Assembly (NCBI GenBank): GCA_030430655.1
Contig: JAUIKQ010000001.1
Coordinates: forward strand, 1,018-65,017
Reading direction: 5' to 3'
Length of the DNA: 64,000 nucleotides
From: Chlamydiia bacterium
GTDB taxonomy: Bacteria > Chlamydiota > Chlamydiia > Chlamydiales > Simkaniaceae
In this document: positions 1-9,196 of the stretch, piece by piece
Layout: every line of letters begins with the position of its first letter
Numbering within the stretch: position 1 is the stretch's first letter
Position numbers and translations under genes: made by a program
Notes under the pieces: generated by a model
What the model was told of the DNA's origin: nothing
Databases searched by the model: none
The model's input: the letters and a program-made list of their open reading frames with translations, nothing else

Positions 1-1
1 T

Positions 2-1039
2 GCGCTCGATCGCGCTAACCCTTCTTGGCCACTTGAAAGCGAAACCTTTGTTTCGAACGGTCCCTATAAAATGGAGAGCTGGCACCATAATTATTCGATC
101 TGCGCTGTGAAAAATCCCTTATACTGGGATAAAGAAAATGTCAAAACCCCAAAAATCAGCATGGCCATGGTGGGCACCGATACAGGCTACAAAATGTTTG
201 AGTCCAGTACGCTCCATTGGGAAGGCTCTCCGCTTGGATCTATTCCCATCGATGCCATCGCTGCACTCAAATCTGCAAACAAACTTCACTACCACCCCTT
301 TTCAGGTACCTGCTGGATCCTTACAAATATTAATGCCCCACCGTTTAACTCAAAAAAAATTCGCCAAGCCTTTTCTCTTGCTATTGATCGAGAAAGCATT
401 GTAGAGCACATAATGCAGGGGGATCAAAAGGTAGCACACGGGATCATCCCCCCCAATACAAAAATTCCAATCGAAAGTCCCTTCGCCGCTAACAATAAAG
501 AAATAGCCCTACAGCTCTTTACCGAAGCTTTGGCAGAAACGGGCTTTACAAGAGAAACGCTACCTCTAATCACGATCACCTACGCCCAATCAGGAAGAAC
601 GCGATCGGTTTTGCAAGTCATCCAAGAACAATGGAAAGCCATTTTCGGCATTGCAGTGCAATTGCAAAGTATAGAGAACAAGGTACTTCTTAATGCTGCA
701 ATATCTAAAGGAAACTACCAGCTTGCTTATGGAGATTGGATAGCGGACAACAACGATCCCATTAATTTTCTCCAAATCTTTCAGTCTAAATCTACAGGGA
801 CGAACAACACAGGATGGGAAAATATTACCTATGCAAATTTGGTGCAGCAAGCGTCTAACGAAAAAGACACCGAGTTGCGCAAGGGATTGCTTGCGAAAGC
901 GCAGGATATTTTGATGGAAGAGCTTCCTGTACTACCCCTGTTTCACCATAATATGCTATACGTAAAAGACAACGATCTAAAAGATGTGCTACTTACAGAT
1001 ACAGGAGGCATTGATTTCAAATGGGCATACTTAGAATAA
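2..1039 (+). CDS. ABC transporter substrate-binding protein, peptide/nickel family 5 (OppA/DppA-like). This is the C-terminal part; the 5' end is cut by the window edge.
   Basis: The reading frame is open from nt 2 (ALDRANPSWPLESETFVSNGPYKMESW...), upstream of the listed ATG at 71. 'SNGPYKxxSW', 'NPxYWDK' and 'APPFN' are typical of SBP family 5 peptide-binding proteins. Confidence 0.8.
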   Translation, partial: ALDRANPSWPLESETFVSNGPYKMESWHHNYSICAVKNPLYWDKENVKTPKISMAMVGTDTGYKMFESSTLHWEGSPLGSIPIDAIAALKSANKLHYHPFSGTCWILTNINAPPFNSKKIRQAFSLAIDRESIVEHIMQGDQKVAHGIIPPNTKIPIESPFAANNKEIALQLFTEALAETGFTRETLPLITITYAQSGRTRSVLQVIQEQWKAIFGIAVQLQSIENKVLLNAAISKGNYQLAYGDWIADNNDPINFLQIFQSKSTGTNNTGWENITYANLVQQASNEKDTELRKGLLAKAQDILMEELPVLPLFHHNMLYVKDNDLKDVLLTDTGGIDFKWAYLE

Positions 1040-1386
1040 AGCTGCTTTTACTCTTGCTTATTCCGTTAACCGCTTTTGCAGAATCTGTCCACATCATCAA
1101 TGATAGCCCTTTTCCCTTGATTGCTAAAATTTTGGCAGCGGACGGTACAGAACACGGAACTGCCCACCTCAATCAAGGCCACCAAGTGACATGGCACGAT
1201 AATTACAGAGGCGCTTCGCAATTCTCGACCACTCCCTACACTATCATTTTCACATGTAAATCGGGAAAAGAATACGGTATCTCCACAAACGTAGGCCCAG
1301 GACAAACCGTAACAGCGGAGAGTTCTTCAGGGCCACGTATTTGCGAGATAGAAAAAAAAGGGTCAAACAAGGCACAGGGAAGTTAG
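1021..1386 (+). CDS. Hypothetical small exported protein
   Basis: It has a clear N-terminal signal peptide (MGILRIKLLLLLLIPLTAFA/ES). The ATG overlaps the end of the oppA-like gene. I recognise no family. Confidence 0.5.
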   Translation: MGILRIKLLLLLLIPLTAFAESVHIINDSPFPLIAKILAADGTEHGTAHLNQGHQVTWHDNYRGASQFSTTPYTIIFTCKSGKEYGISTNVGPGQTVTAESSSGPRICEIEKKGSNKAQGS

Positions 1387-1869
1387 GACGATATCATGCG
1401 GTTGGACAGGCAACCGCTTCGGACTGTATTGCTCTTTAAACCCCACGCCAATCGATGCAGCCGGCCTGTATGTAGCCAAGAACCGGTCATAATACCCCTT
1501 GCCGTACCCTATTCTATTGCGCTCTTGATCAAAAACAATGCCTGGTACCAAAACAACATCTACTTCTTCTTTTTTGCCTTTTTCCCAGTCCTCTAGAGTG
1601 TCAGCATGGACAAACCACATTTCTTTGCCTTTAACCAAAGGAAGCGCCAGCCTCCCTTCTTGACAAAGCAACCGGTTAATGGAGTGCATATCAATTTCAC
1701 TCCCTATGCTACAAAAAGAGCCCACTCTTTTCTTGCCTTCCAGCAGCTTTACCAAAACGCTAACTAGCTCCCTCTTTGCCTCCTCGCGCCTGTTGAAAGG
1801 AAGATTTTTTCTACAAGATTGATAATGCAAACGCAAAACACGCTTTTTACTCGGGGCATCCCTTATCAT
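1363..1869 (-). CDS. ygfA: 5-formyltetrahydrofolate cyclo-ligase
   Basis: The motif 'VLVPGIVFDQERNRIGYGKGYYDRFL' matches the family signature G-x-G-x-GYYDR. Size is about 168 aa. The 5' end overlaps the upstream MORN gene by 23 nt. Confidence 0.8.
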   Translation of the reverse strand: MIRDAPSKKRVLRLHYQSCRKNLPFNRREEAKRELVSVLVKLLEGKKRVGSFCSIGSEIDMHSINRLLCQEGRLALPLVKGKEMWFVHADTLEDWEKGKKEEVDVVLVPGIVFDQERNRIGYGKGYYDRFLATYRPAASIGVGFKEQYSPKRLPVQPHDIVLTSLCLV

Positions 1870-3088
1870 AAACCACTTTTTTCAAATACACGCCTTCTTT
1901 GTCAAACAACGTTGCTACACCATATCCATTCACTACAGAAGAAATAGGCGTATCTTCTCCCTTTGCAAAATATTTTCCCTTTTGCAAAACGCCTTTATCA
2001 TATTCCTCCGTTAACATCAGGCTTCCATCGGTATACCAAGCAACAGAAAGACCATGTTTTTCATTTTCATGCATCTCCTTTTCGCTCTCTAGCTGCCCAT
2101 TAAGATACCAAGTACGGCATATTCCCTGCACCTTATCCTCATACCATTCCATCATCAGTTTATGCTGACCATCTCTATAGTATAGCCACTCCTCGCCATG
2201 CTTGGCTGACAAATGGGTAGAGTACAAAGACTGAAGCTTGCCCTCCTCATACACCCACACCTTTCCTTCTTTTTCTCCATCTACCACCTGACATTGCTTT
2301 TCCAATTTTCCGTTAGTAAAAACCGAAATAATCCCCTGTCCTTCTTCAACAGAGGAGAGCACTTCTCCCTCTTGGGTATAGTAGACTCCCTGGAGCAACT
2401 TGCCCGCCCTATACTGCTCTTTATACACAAGGTTACTTTTGTCATCTATCCGGTATGCCTCTCCCTCCTTCAAACCTTTTTCAAAACGGATCAATTCAAT
2501 CACCTTTCCTTGATCATCAAAAGTTTCTACGGATCCCTCCAAGAGCCCGTTATGGTACATTAAGCGCTGGGCAAGCGCGCCATTTTTATGGAAATAGCAT
2601 GCCTGCCCTTCAATAAGCCCCCTTTGATAATATAAACAAGCTTGCAAAGCTCCCTCTTCATCAAAAGCCTGAGATTTTCCATCAAATACCCACTCGCTCT
2701 GGGCTTGCGCATGCAGCTCTCCAAAGCCTTCTACTACATGTGCTTCGATAGCTAAAGTCCCATTTTTATGAAATTCACGATACAAGCCATTTGCGCGTCC
2801 ATTTCTTATCTCTAAATAGTGGGACATCGAGCCATTATCATGATAAGCTGTCAAAATAGCAGGCAAGCTACCATCTTTTTGCTTAAGAAAAACACGACTC
2901 ACTTTTTTGTAGGGCTGTGGTTGCAAGAAGTCGATTCTTTCATACTGTTTCAAACGCTCTTTAGCGCTGATCGTCTCTTCAAAATCATTACGATCTACCA
3001 GCTGAATGCTGGCAAGATTTTGTCTGGAATAGTTTTGACACCCTGCCAATGCTGCCAAAAGCCAAAAGCCCCACAAAACTTTCATCAC
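1847..3088 (-). CDS. MORN-repeat (MORN_2 / YwqK-like) lipoprotein
   Basis: The signal peptide carries a lipobox (LLAALAGC). The body is tandem ~23-aa repeats of the type 'G.....W/Y Y.nG.l..E..y..g..hG' (e.g. HGLSVAWYTDGSLMLTEEY, GICRTWYLNGQLESEKEM). The start shares an ATGA overlap with the upstream gene. Confidence 0.75.
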   Translation of the reverse strand: MMKVLWGFWLLAALAGCQNYSRQNLASIQLVDRNDFEETISAKERLKQYERIDFLQPQPYKKVSRVFLKQKDGSLPAILTAYHDNGSMSHYLEIRNGRANGLYREFHKNGTLAIEAHVVEGFGELHAQAQSEWVFDGKSQAFDEEGALQACLYYQRGLIEGQACYFHKNGALAQRLMYHNGLLEGSVETFDDQGKVIELIRFEKGLKEGEAYRIDDKSNLVYKEQYRAGKLLQGVYYTQEGEVLSSVEEGQGIISVFTNGKLEKQCQVVDGEKEGKVWVYEEGKLQSLYSTHLSAKHGEEWLYYRDGQHKLMMEWYEDKVQGICRTWYLNGQLESEKEMHENEKHGLSVAWYTDGSLMLTEEYDKGVLQKGKYFAKGEDTPISSVVNGYGVATLFDKEGVYLKKVVYDKGCPE

Positions 3089-3708
3089 TGCTCCTTAAGT
3101 TCCATCTTTAAAAGATATGTGCAGCCATTTTTCTTAAAATAAAGCGATTTAAACGCAAGTGCAGGACGAGTTTTTGGTGCAACAAAAGGGGGAATATCTA
3201 CCCCCTCAACTAAACAAACGAGCTGCTTAATATCGTCTACGTCCACATGCACTGGCTGCAGCAGCACTTTCGTTTTGCTCTCTTGATGATTTTTCGAAAA
3301 AACCAACCGCTGTTCATCTCCATTTAAAAAAGCATATCGCGCGGTTAATTGTTCATTCTCTTGGAAGTGAGGATAACGCAAAAACATCTGTAGTTGCTTT
3401 TTTTCTCGATTTAAAAATGTAGCGCTCTCCAGGTGGTGCTTTATATAAAGTGGATCGACAGCATCTTTTGGCGGCAAAGTAACAACATGTCTTCGTAATT
3501 TCCTTTCAGCAAGAGCAATACGCTTATCAAAAGCTTTTAAAGAAGAAAAAGATGATGCTAAAACCCAGGCCCCAACCGCTAAAGACAAAAACATCGCTAC
3601 ATATAAACAGAGCAATCCAGCACAGTGCGCCCAAACCTTGTACCTAATCTTCGCAAAAAAGACAGAGAAACGCTCAACCTTTGAAGCGAAATTCAACTTT
3701 ATGATCAT
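3085..3708 (-). CDS. Hypothetical bitopic membrane protein (possible GspM/PilO-like assembly component)
   Basis: There is a single N-terminal TM segment (AGLLCLYVAMFLSLAVGAWVLA), then a basic/helical segment (KRIALAERKLRRH) and a ~130-aa soluble domain. It overlaps the upstream 435-aa gene by 35 nt. The function is inferred from architecture only. Confidence 0.5.
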   Translation of the reverse strand: MIIKLNFASKVERFSVFFAKIRYKVWAHCAGLLCLYVAMFLSLAVGAWVLASSFSSLKAFDKRIALAERKLRRHVVTLPPKDAVDPLYIKHHLESATFLNREKKQLQMFLRYPHFQENEQLTARYAFLNGDEQRLVFSKNHQESKTKVLLQPVHVDVDDIKQLVCLVEGVDIPPFVAPKTRPALAFKSLYFKKNGCTYLLKMELKEQ

Positions 3709-4981
3709 TTGCCTCTCTCTTATAATGTGCCGATGATGGAACGATATGCTGCGTATCCTGTAAAAGATCTTTGTAAAAAGCTTCTATATCCCCAAAAGCC
3801 GCTCGTAGTCGCAAACTTACAATTGCTTCGCTGCCCTCTATAGAATAAGAAAAATCTGTAATTTCTACTTCTGCCTGCAACTTTGGATGCTCCGTCAAAT
3901 AGAGGAGCAGATCGGCCACCAAAGGGGCCTTTTTTTCCTCTTTAAATGTAAGAGGCCTTTTAGCCAGTCGCTCTACTTCCCGTAACTGATCTGTAAACTT
4001 TTTCTCATGGACTTTATGGAGAAAAGGGTAGTGCTGGACAATACCTTTCAGGTTTTTATGGATTTTGCCCTTTGCCCATAGATAACTGCAGCAGCCACAC
4101 ATCAATAGCAGTAAATTGACAAATAGGACCAACTTAGCTTGCTTCTTTAAAAAAGCAATCGCTTTTTTCTCTACTAGTTCTCCTTGCCAAGCCGTCTTTT
4201 CAAATCGTACCGAATATTTGCCTGCCATTACATCTAAAGCGCTTCCCATAGACAACACGTAGGGACACAAAGCCGCATCAACAAACTCTATGTCAAGCTT
4301 ATCCGTCTGCAAACGCTCAAACATGGCTTTCCAATTTCCCTCTTCACTTGCTGCAATGTAAATCTGCTTTACTTCTGCCGCTTTTTGATGTAAGAATCCT
4401 ATTCCCCGCTCAAGATTTTCAGCATCCCCTTGTGGCAGCGTAACAGAGGCTATAAGCACGTTATTTTTTATTAAAATAGCAAATCCCTCTCCTTGATCTA
4501 AGTAGCAAGCAATAAAAGCGTTACTTTTAGAGAAAAAGCGCTGGCAAAAGCGAAAAAGGGCTTGTTGTGCACAAGTCATCACTTCAAACTCAAGGCCTGT
4601 GCTCTTTAAATCCTCTATTACTTTTACCAATTGAGACTTGGCAATGCCAAACAAGGTTACCCAAGACACGGCACTTTCCACCTGTATGACAGGAGCGAAA
4701 ACACCCTCTTGCGCATAAGGAAACAGAGTCTCTATCTCAAAGGGAAGGGTTTTACGAAGCAAACTTTTTTTAAGGCTGGACGAAAAACACCGAACTAAAA
4801 CGTAGCAAGCAGGGACACTAAACGCTAGCCAAAAATTTCCATCTTGAAAGCGGTCTCTCAGAGTTTGCAAACATTTTTCGTAGCAAGAAAAGGTTTGCAA
4901 AAACAGAAGATGGCCCTGTTTGGAAAAAGCGCTGCACCGCAAACCCTTTTCTGTTTTTTGTATTCCAACAACTATCACCAC
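3674..4981 (-). CDS. Hypothetical bitopic membrane protein (possible GspL-like or PilM-PilN fusion-like)
   Basis: The start is GTG, preceded by AAGGA. The N-terminal ~280-aa cytoplasmic domain begins 'IVVGIQ' and has the pattern 'VLVRCFSSSL...LPFEIETLFPY...VTLFGIAKSQL...GLEFEV.TCAQQALFRF', reminiscent of the actin-like PilM/GspL cytoplasmic domain. A single TM segment (LVLFVNLLLLMCGCCSYLW) follows, then a ~130-aa C-terminal domain. Confidence 0.5.
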   Translation of the reverse strand: MVIVVGIQKTEKGLRCSAFSKQGHLLFLQTFSCYEKCLQTLRDRFQDGNFWLAFSVPACYVLVRCFSSSLKKSLLRKTLPFEIETLFPYAQEGVFAPVIQVESAVSWVTLFGIAKSQLVKVIEDLKSTGLEFEVMTCAQQALFRFCQRFFSKSNAFIACYLDQGEGFAILIKNNVLIASVTLPQGDAENLERGIGFLHQKAAEVKQIYIAASEEGNWKAMFERLQTDKLDIEFVDAALCPYVLSMGSALDVMAGKYSVRFEKTAWQGELVEKKAIAFLKKQAKLVLFVNLLLLMCGCCSYLWAKGKIHKNLKGIVQHYPFLHKVHEKKFTDQLREVERLAKRPLTFKEEKKAPLVADLLLYLTEHPKLQAEVEITDFSYSIEGSEAIVSLRLRAAFGDIEAFYKDLLQDTQHIVPSSAHYKREANDHKVEFRFKG

Positions 4982-5177
4982 GCATCCTTTGAACTAGTGC
5001 GATCCATGCCAAATCGAAAATTCGCAGCAGAAGGCGTCATTATAGTCCAAATTCACACACGACATCAAGTTTTAACCCAAAGTTAATACGACTTAGAATT
5101 TTCGTAAAGGCAACAAAAACGCCTGGCAAAAGTGTCAAAATGCTCGAAATGCTCCCTTTGTCAAGCCCGAGCTAAAA

Positions 5178-5204
5178 ATATCTCTTTTCTTTTTTGGGAG
5201 ATAT
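5178..5204 (-). terminator. Possible rho-independent terminator downstream of the 5262..5645 gene
   Basis: A 7-bp inverted repeat ATATCTC/GAGATAT is followed on the minus strand by a short T-run. The loop is long (13 nt), so the call is weak. Confidence 0.3.
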
Positions 5205-5261
5205 ATTCATTAAAATACCCCACTTCTGAACGACGATTAGTTAGACAAAATTATGGATTTT

Positions 5262-5645
5262 TTAAATAATAATTTCTATATCATTGCCAGGACTGCTTAG
5301 CAATGGAAATGAAAGTTTTAAACTTCCTTGACACATGTGGGAATTTTCTAACTTAGCCTCCTGAATTCCTGCATACACTCGGCGACAAGCTTCACATACC
5401 CTAGAAACCAGTGTTTGATCGTCAAAACCTTCCATATGTTTTGCGGTGCAGCGGTTCAATTCAAACTGAACTTGCTGAACATGTCCTGCTAACCCTTTTT
5501 GCCTGTTAAACAGAGGGCCAACCCTCTCTTTAAGCATCATATTTTCCCATATTTCGGCATCCTTGAAACTAGCCCAAGGGGGCGCAAGCAGATGGCGATT
5601 GCCTCTAGCATTTCTTGCACGGCTGCTTCTATAATCAGTATTCAC
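5262..5645 (-). CDS. Hypothetical protein (orphan)
   Basis: This is a 127-aa ORF with a GTG start and a weak SD. It lies downstream of a very AT-rich putative promoter region. No motif is recognised. Confidence 0.4.
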   Translation of the reverse strand: MNTDYRSSRARNARGNRHLLAPPWASFKDAEIWENMMLKERVGPLFNRQKGLAGHVQQVQFELNRCTAKHMEGFDDQTLVSRVCEACRRVYAGIQEAKLENSHMCQGSLKLSFPLLSSPGNDIEIII

Positions 5646-5974
5646 AATTAAAAACCTATTTTTTGTGGTTTATTTTTTTATTTAGATTAATTCTATAATT
5701 ATAATTAATTTAAATCAATTATAATTTGTTTTTATTTAAAGTATTATAGGATATTTAATTCAGTTAATGATTTAAAAATTAATATCTATTTTGTAACTAG
5801 CTAATATTCATGAATGAGAGAAGGAAGCTTTTGGACTAAGGATATGAAAATGGTAGCGCTTGGGCAGGAATAGCAAAAATAAATTCTCTCGATAAGACGA
5901 GATGCCCAGAGAGGCTTGCAAATACCCCCTACTGCCTATATACTCTTGCGAAAGCACATAGCAAAGTAGAGGAT

Positions 5975-6247
5975 ATGCTGGGACTAATCCAGATCATTCA
6001 AGTTCTTTTCCAAATTTATTTTATTATGCTGGTGGTCCGCATCATTGGCTCATGGTTCCCCGATTTACAATACACCACATTTATGCGGTTTGTAGGACAT
6101 TATACCGATCCTTACCTCAATTTTTTTCGTCGATTCATCCCACCCCTCGGTGGAATCCTTGATATTAGCCCTATTTTAGCCTTTTTTTGTCTCTATATCC
6201 TTCGCAGTTTAGTCATACGATGTCTCTTTTTCCTGTACAGCCTCTAG
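5975..6247 (+). CDS. yggT: YggT family membrane protein
   Basis: This ~90-aa two-TM protein contains 'VVRIIGSWFP......F....TDPYLNFFRRFIPPLGGILDISPILAFF', the characteristic YggT/Ycf19 pattern. Confidence 0.8.
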   Translation: MLGLIQIIQVLFQIYFIMLVVRIIGSWFPDLQYTTFMRFVGHYTDPYLNFFRRFIPPLGGILDISPILAFFCLYILRSLVIRCLFFLYSL

Positions 6248-7218
6248 ATTTAGGCTCCCTCCATCTCGCGTCCAATGTCTGGTACGCGCCTTTGGCTGGC
6301 TGCTCTGATTTTCCCTTTCGTAAAATGTCCAAACAGTTTTCCCCTGGATTGATGTTTTGTGAAATGGTGAAAATGGATGCTTTAGTCCGTCAAGATATTA
6401 GTACCTATCACCTTTTGGATTACTCTGAAGATATGCATCCCATCGGAGCCCAGCTCTGCGGAAGCAAAGTGGCTCTTGCCGCCCCTTGCGCTCGCATTAT
6501 TGAAGATGCAGGATTTGACGTCCTGGATTTAAACTGCGGCTGCCCCGTAGACAAGGTGACCAAAGATAACAGTGGCTCTGGACTCCTTAAATACCCAGAG
6601 CAAATTGGTGACATCTTATACCAAATGACAAAAGCAGTTTCTATTCCTGTCACCGTCAAAATTCGTCTTGGGTGGGATGAGGCTAGCATCAACGCGCCAC
6701 TCATAACAAAAATTGCAGAGCAAGCAGGAGCCAAAGCCATCACCATCCATGGAAGAACGCGGGCACAAAAATATAAGGGCAATGCCGACTGGTCCTACAT
6801 AAAGCAATGCAAAGAGGTCGCAAACAGCATAAAAGTCATTGGAAACGGCGACCTTTTTTCGCCACAAGATGTGGAAGCAATTTTCCAAGCAACCAGGTGC
6901 GATGGAGTGCTCATTGCAAGAGGTACTTTAGGACAAGGATGGATTGCACAAGATATCTATCGCCACTTCAACAATCTGCCTCCCCTCTCCTTTACAGGAG
7001 AACAGTACCGAGATATTCTAGTCCAGCACTTGCGCTACATTGCCCATTACCAAACAGGTAAACGCGCTCTAACGGATCTGAGAAGGGTTGGGCATTGGTA
7101 CTTGAAAAGAGCGGCTCAAACAAAAAATTTACGTTCAAACATCAATAAAGTGGCTGATTTTCATGCAGCGCTTGATCTAATACAAAGCTATCCTTGGCAA
7201 GAAATAGCCATCATCTAA
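6220..7218 (+). CDS. dus: tRNA-dihydrouridine synthase
   Basis: Motifs present are 'APLAGCSDFPFRKM', 'GAQLCGS', 'DLNCGCPVDKV', 'VTVKIRLGWD' and 'ITIHGRTRAQKY'. The ATG at 6220 is preferred over the listed TTG at 6187. Confidence 0.85.
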   Translation: MSLFPVQPLDLGSLHLASNVWYAPLAGCSDFPFRKMSKQFSPGLMFCEMVKMDALVRQDISTYHLLDYSEDMHPIGAQLCGSKVALAAPCARIIEDAGFDVLDLNCGCPVDKVTKDNSGSGLLKYPEQIGDILYQMTKAVSIPVTVKIRLGWDEASINAPLITKIAEQAGAKAITIHGRTRAQKYKGNADWSYIKQCKEVANSIKVIGNGDLFSPQDVEAIFQATRCDGVLIARGTLGQGWIAQDIYRHFNNLPPLSFTGEQYRDILVQHLRYIAHYQTGKRALTDLRRVGHWYLKRAAQTKNLRSNINKVADFHAALDLIQSYPWQEIAII

Positions 7219-7325
7219 ATTGAATAATATCTATTTTATTAGGGCATAAAATACAGATAAATCCTATATTGGTCTGAAATTTTCTTTTAAAAGAAAATAA
7301 TAATTTTTAATTAAAAAGGTTTTTT

Positions 7326-9143
7326 ATGTTTAATTGTTCGAATAACTATTTTAAAAAGTGTTTTTCAGACGACTTGCATGGACGTTTATGTGAATACCTC
7401 TCCCTCATCGATAAGAGAGTTTTATCGCTTGTATCAAAAAAATTTTTTGATCTTGGAAAAAAGTGTTATCATGAATTGAGACTGAAAAGCTTTGCCAGCA
7501 AAATTTCATTGCAAATACGGCTCGGAGAAGATCATTTTTTAAAAAGAATGGAGCAGTTGGTTAAGCAGCTAATTGATATGACACAAAATACCGAGTCTCG
7601 AAGCGATCTATTTTCTCGTCTTAACAAAATACCTTATTCCGAGTTAAACGAAGGGCCTGTTCCTAAGTATATTTTGTCTAGGTTGTGTAGTGAGGTCTAT
7701 AATAATCCGGAAATCCCATTTACACCTTCATATTTTCTTCCTTTATTCTCTTACCCTTCTATTAGACAAGCCCAAGTCAGCTTAAGCGCGGCTATAGACA
7801 GTGGGCATATCAAAAGCGCCCGGGATTTACCTTATTTTCATGACCCTGCGCTGTTAAAAGATCCAAATGAAGAAACGGCTGAAGCTCTCTCAGAGTTTTT
7901 CAAATCTCCTTATGTCTCAAACAAAGACAAAGCCACTGAAATAAAAAGTATTGCAGAGCAGATTCAGCAGATGGAGCTAGACTACTCCCAAGATCTAGTA
8001 AGAAGCCTTTTGATAAAAGCAGCAAGCTACTCTCCCAAGCCTTCCGCCGAAATGCAAGCCCTTATTGCTACGCAAGTTCAGTGTATTGCTGATCGCTCCA
8101 TCCAAAAAGAGGTAATAAAAACTCTAGCACAAAACCCAAAGGCCGCTCCTATTCTTGAAAAACTCAAAGCCCATTTTACAAATCAGTTTGCAAATTACTT
8201 GCAAAAGCTTGACGCTTCCGACTCTCGAGAAAACTCCTGTGACCCAGCGCTTCAACACCTGTTAAATGGACTCATTCTCTGTTCAAACCCTTCAGAGCCA
8301 CTCGATGCACTGGTCGAGCCAATAAGGCCGCCTCTACCCATGCGTGAGAAGGTAATGCACGAGGTCATTGCCGCTTTTTCCGAGCATTTCAATGCACTAG
8401 AAAAAATCGATCTATTAATTGCTCTAGCGCAAAAAGAAATAAAAAGTACAGAAAATCAAAGCCTTGCACTAACTACCTTGATTGGTAACTCGATTCCCTA
8501 TTGCCAAGACGCGTCTATGCTAAGAAACCTCGTTATACACGCGAAAACTGTGATAGCCAAAGAGGATAGAAACCGGTTATTTTCTACTAGAATGCTGCCC
8601 GCTTACTTTAAAAAAAAACCCCCAAGCCGTGCACAAGTGGAAGAATTTATCAAAATAGTTGATGAAATTGAGGATGCAAAAATGCCCATTCAAGATCCAT
8701 GCACCGGGGAGTCGCAAGAGCAAAGCCTACGCTCGCAGATACTCTCCAGAGCATTTCTTGAGCTTGGGCAACATTCCGACTTTGTACTAGAAAACAAGGG
8801 GTATCTTTTGGAAGTGATCGATGCAAAAATCGGTGATATATCTTTAAACTCATGGGTAAAGGGGATCGTTAATAAAATAGCGCCGCCTAAAATAAAAAAA
8901 GACAGCCTCCAAAAACGTCCCCCAAATACCGAAGAGGCGCTCGCGGCTCAATTAAAAACAGAAGACAAATGGCCTGAAGAAAGCAAGGCAAAAGTAAAGT
9001 TCATTGAAAGATTGACCCTCTATCCCCAGTTGATCCGAGAAAATCAAAATACACTTAATGACCTAATGGATGAGATGGAAGAAGAAGACAGAGATAAAGC
9101 CCAGTTTTTGCTTGTAAAGACTCTTGCAGAAAACAAAGCATAA
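7326..9143 (+). CDS. Hypothetical protein with an N-terminal F-box-like domain (candidate eukaryote-targeting effector)
   Basis: Residues ~13-49, 'FSDDLHGRLCEYLSLIDKRVLSLVSKKFFDLGKKCYH', fit the F-box pattern L..e....I...L...dl..l..VsK.w..L. The remaining ~550 aa look helical with no recognised domain. The upstream leader is AT-rich. Confidence 0.55.
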   Translation: MFNCSNNYFKKCFSDDLHGRLCEYLSLIDKRVLSLVSKKFFDLGKKCYHELRLKSFASKISLQIRLGEDHFLKRMEQLVKQLIDMTQNTESRSDLFSRLNKIPYSELNEGPVPKYILSRLCSEVYNNPEIPFTPSYFLPLFSYPSIRQAQVSLSAAIDSGHIKSARDLPYFHDPALLKDPNEETAEALSEFFKSPYVSNKDKATEIKSIAEQIQQMELDYSQDLVRSLLIKAASYSPKPSAEMQALIATQVQCIADRSIQKEVIKTLAQNPKAAPILEKLKAHFTNQFANYLQKLDASDSRENSCDPALQHLLNGLILCSNPSEPLDALVEPIRPPLPMREKVMHEVIAAFSEHFNALEKIDLLIALAQKEIKSTENQSLALTTLIGNSIPYCQDASMLRNLVIHAKTVIAKEDRNRLFSTRMLPAYFKKKPPSRAQVEEFIKIVDEIEDAKMPIQDPCTGESQEQSLRSQILSRAFLELGQHSDFVLENKGYLLEVIDAKIGDISLNSWVKGIVNKIAPPKIKKDSLQKRPPNTEEALAAQLKTEDKWPEESKAKVKFIERLTLYPQLIRENQNTLNDLMDEMEEEDRDKAQFLLVKTLAENKA

Positions 9144-9149
9144 AAAAAA

Positions 9150-9171
9150 GGCCTCGAAAAATATCGAGGCC
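9150..9171. terminator. Intrinsic terminator hairpin between convergent genes (possibly bidirectional)
   Basis: A perfect 8-bp stem GGCCTCGA/TCGAGGCC has a 6-nt loop. It is preceded by A8, which reads as a U-tract for the minus-strand OMP gene. Confidence 0.6.
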
Positions 9172-9196
9172 CAACAAATTACCTAAGGAACAAACT

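Noticed and set aside
5646-5974. AT-rich spacer considered as a replication origin
   Set aside because: No dnaA, dnaN or other origin-linked genes are nearby. I could not see a cluster of DnaA-box-like 9-mers (TTATCCACA-type). It is more simply a promoter region.
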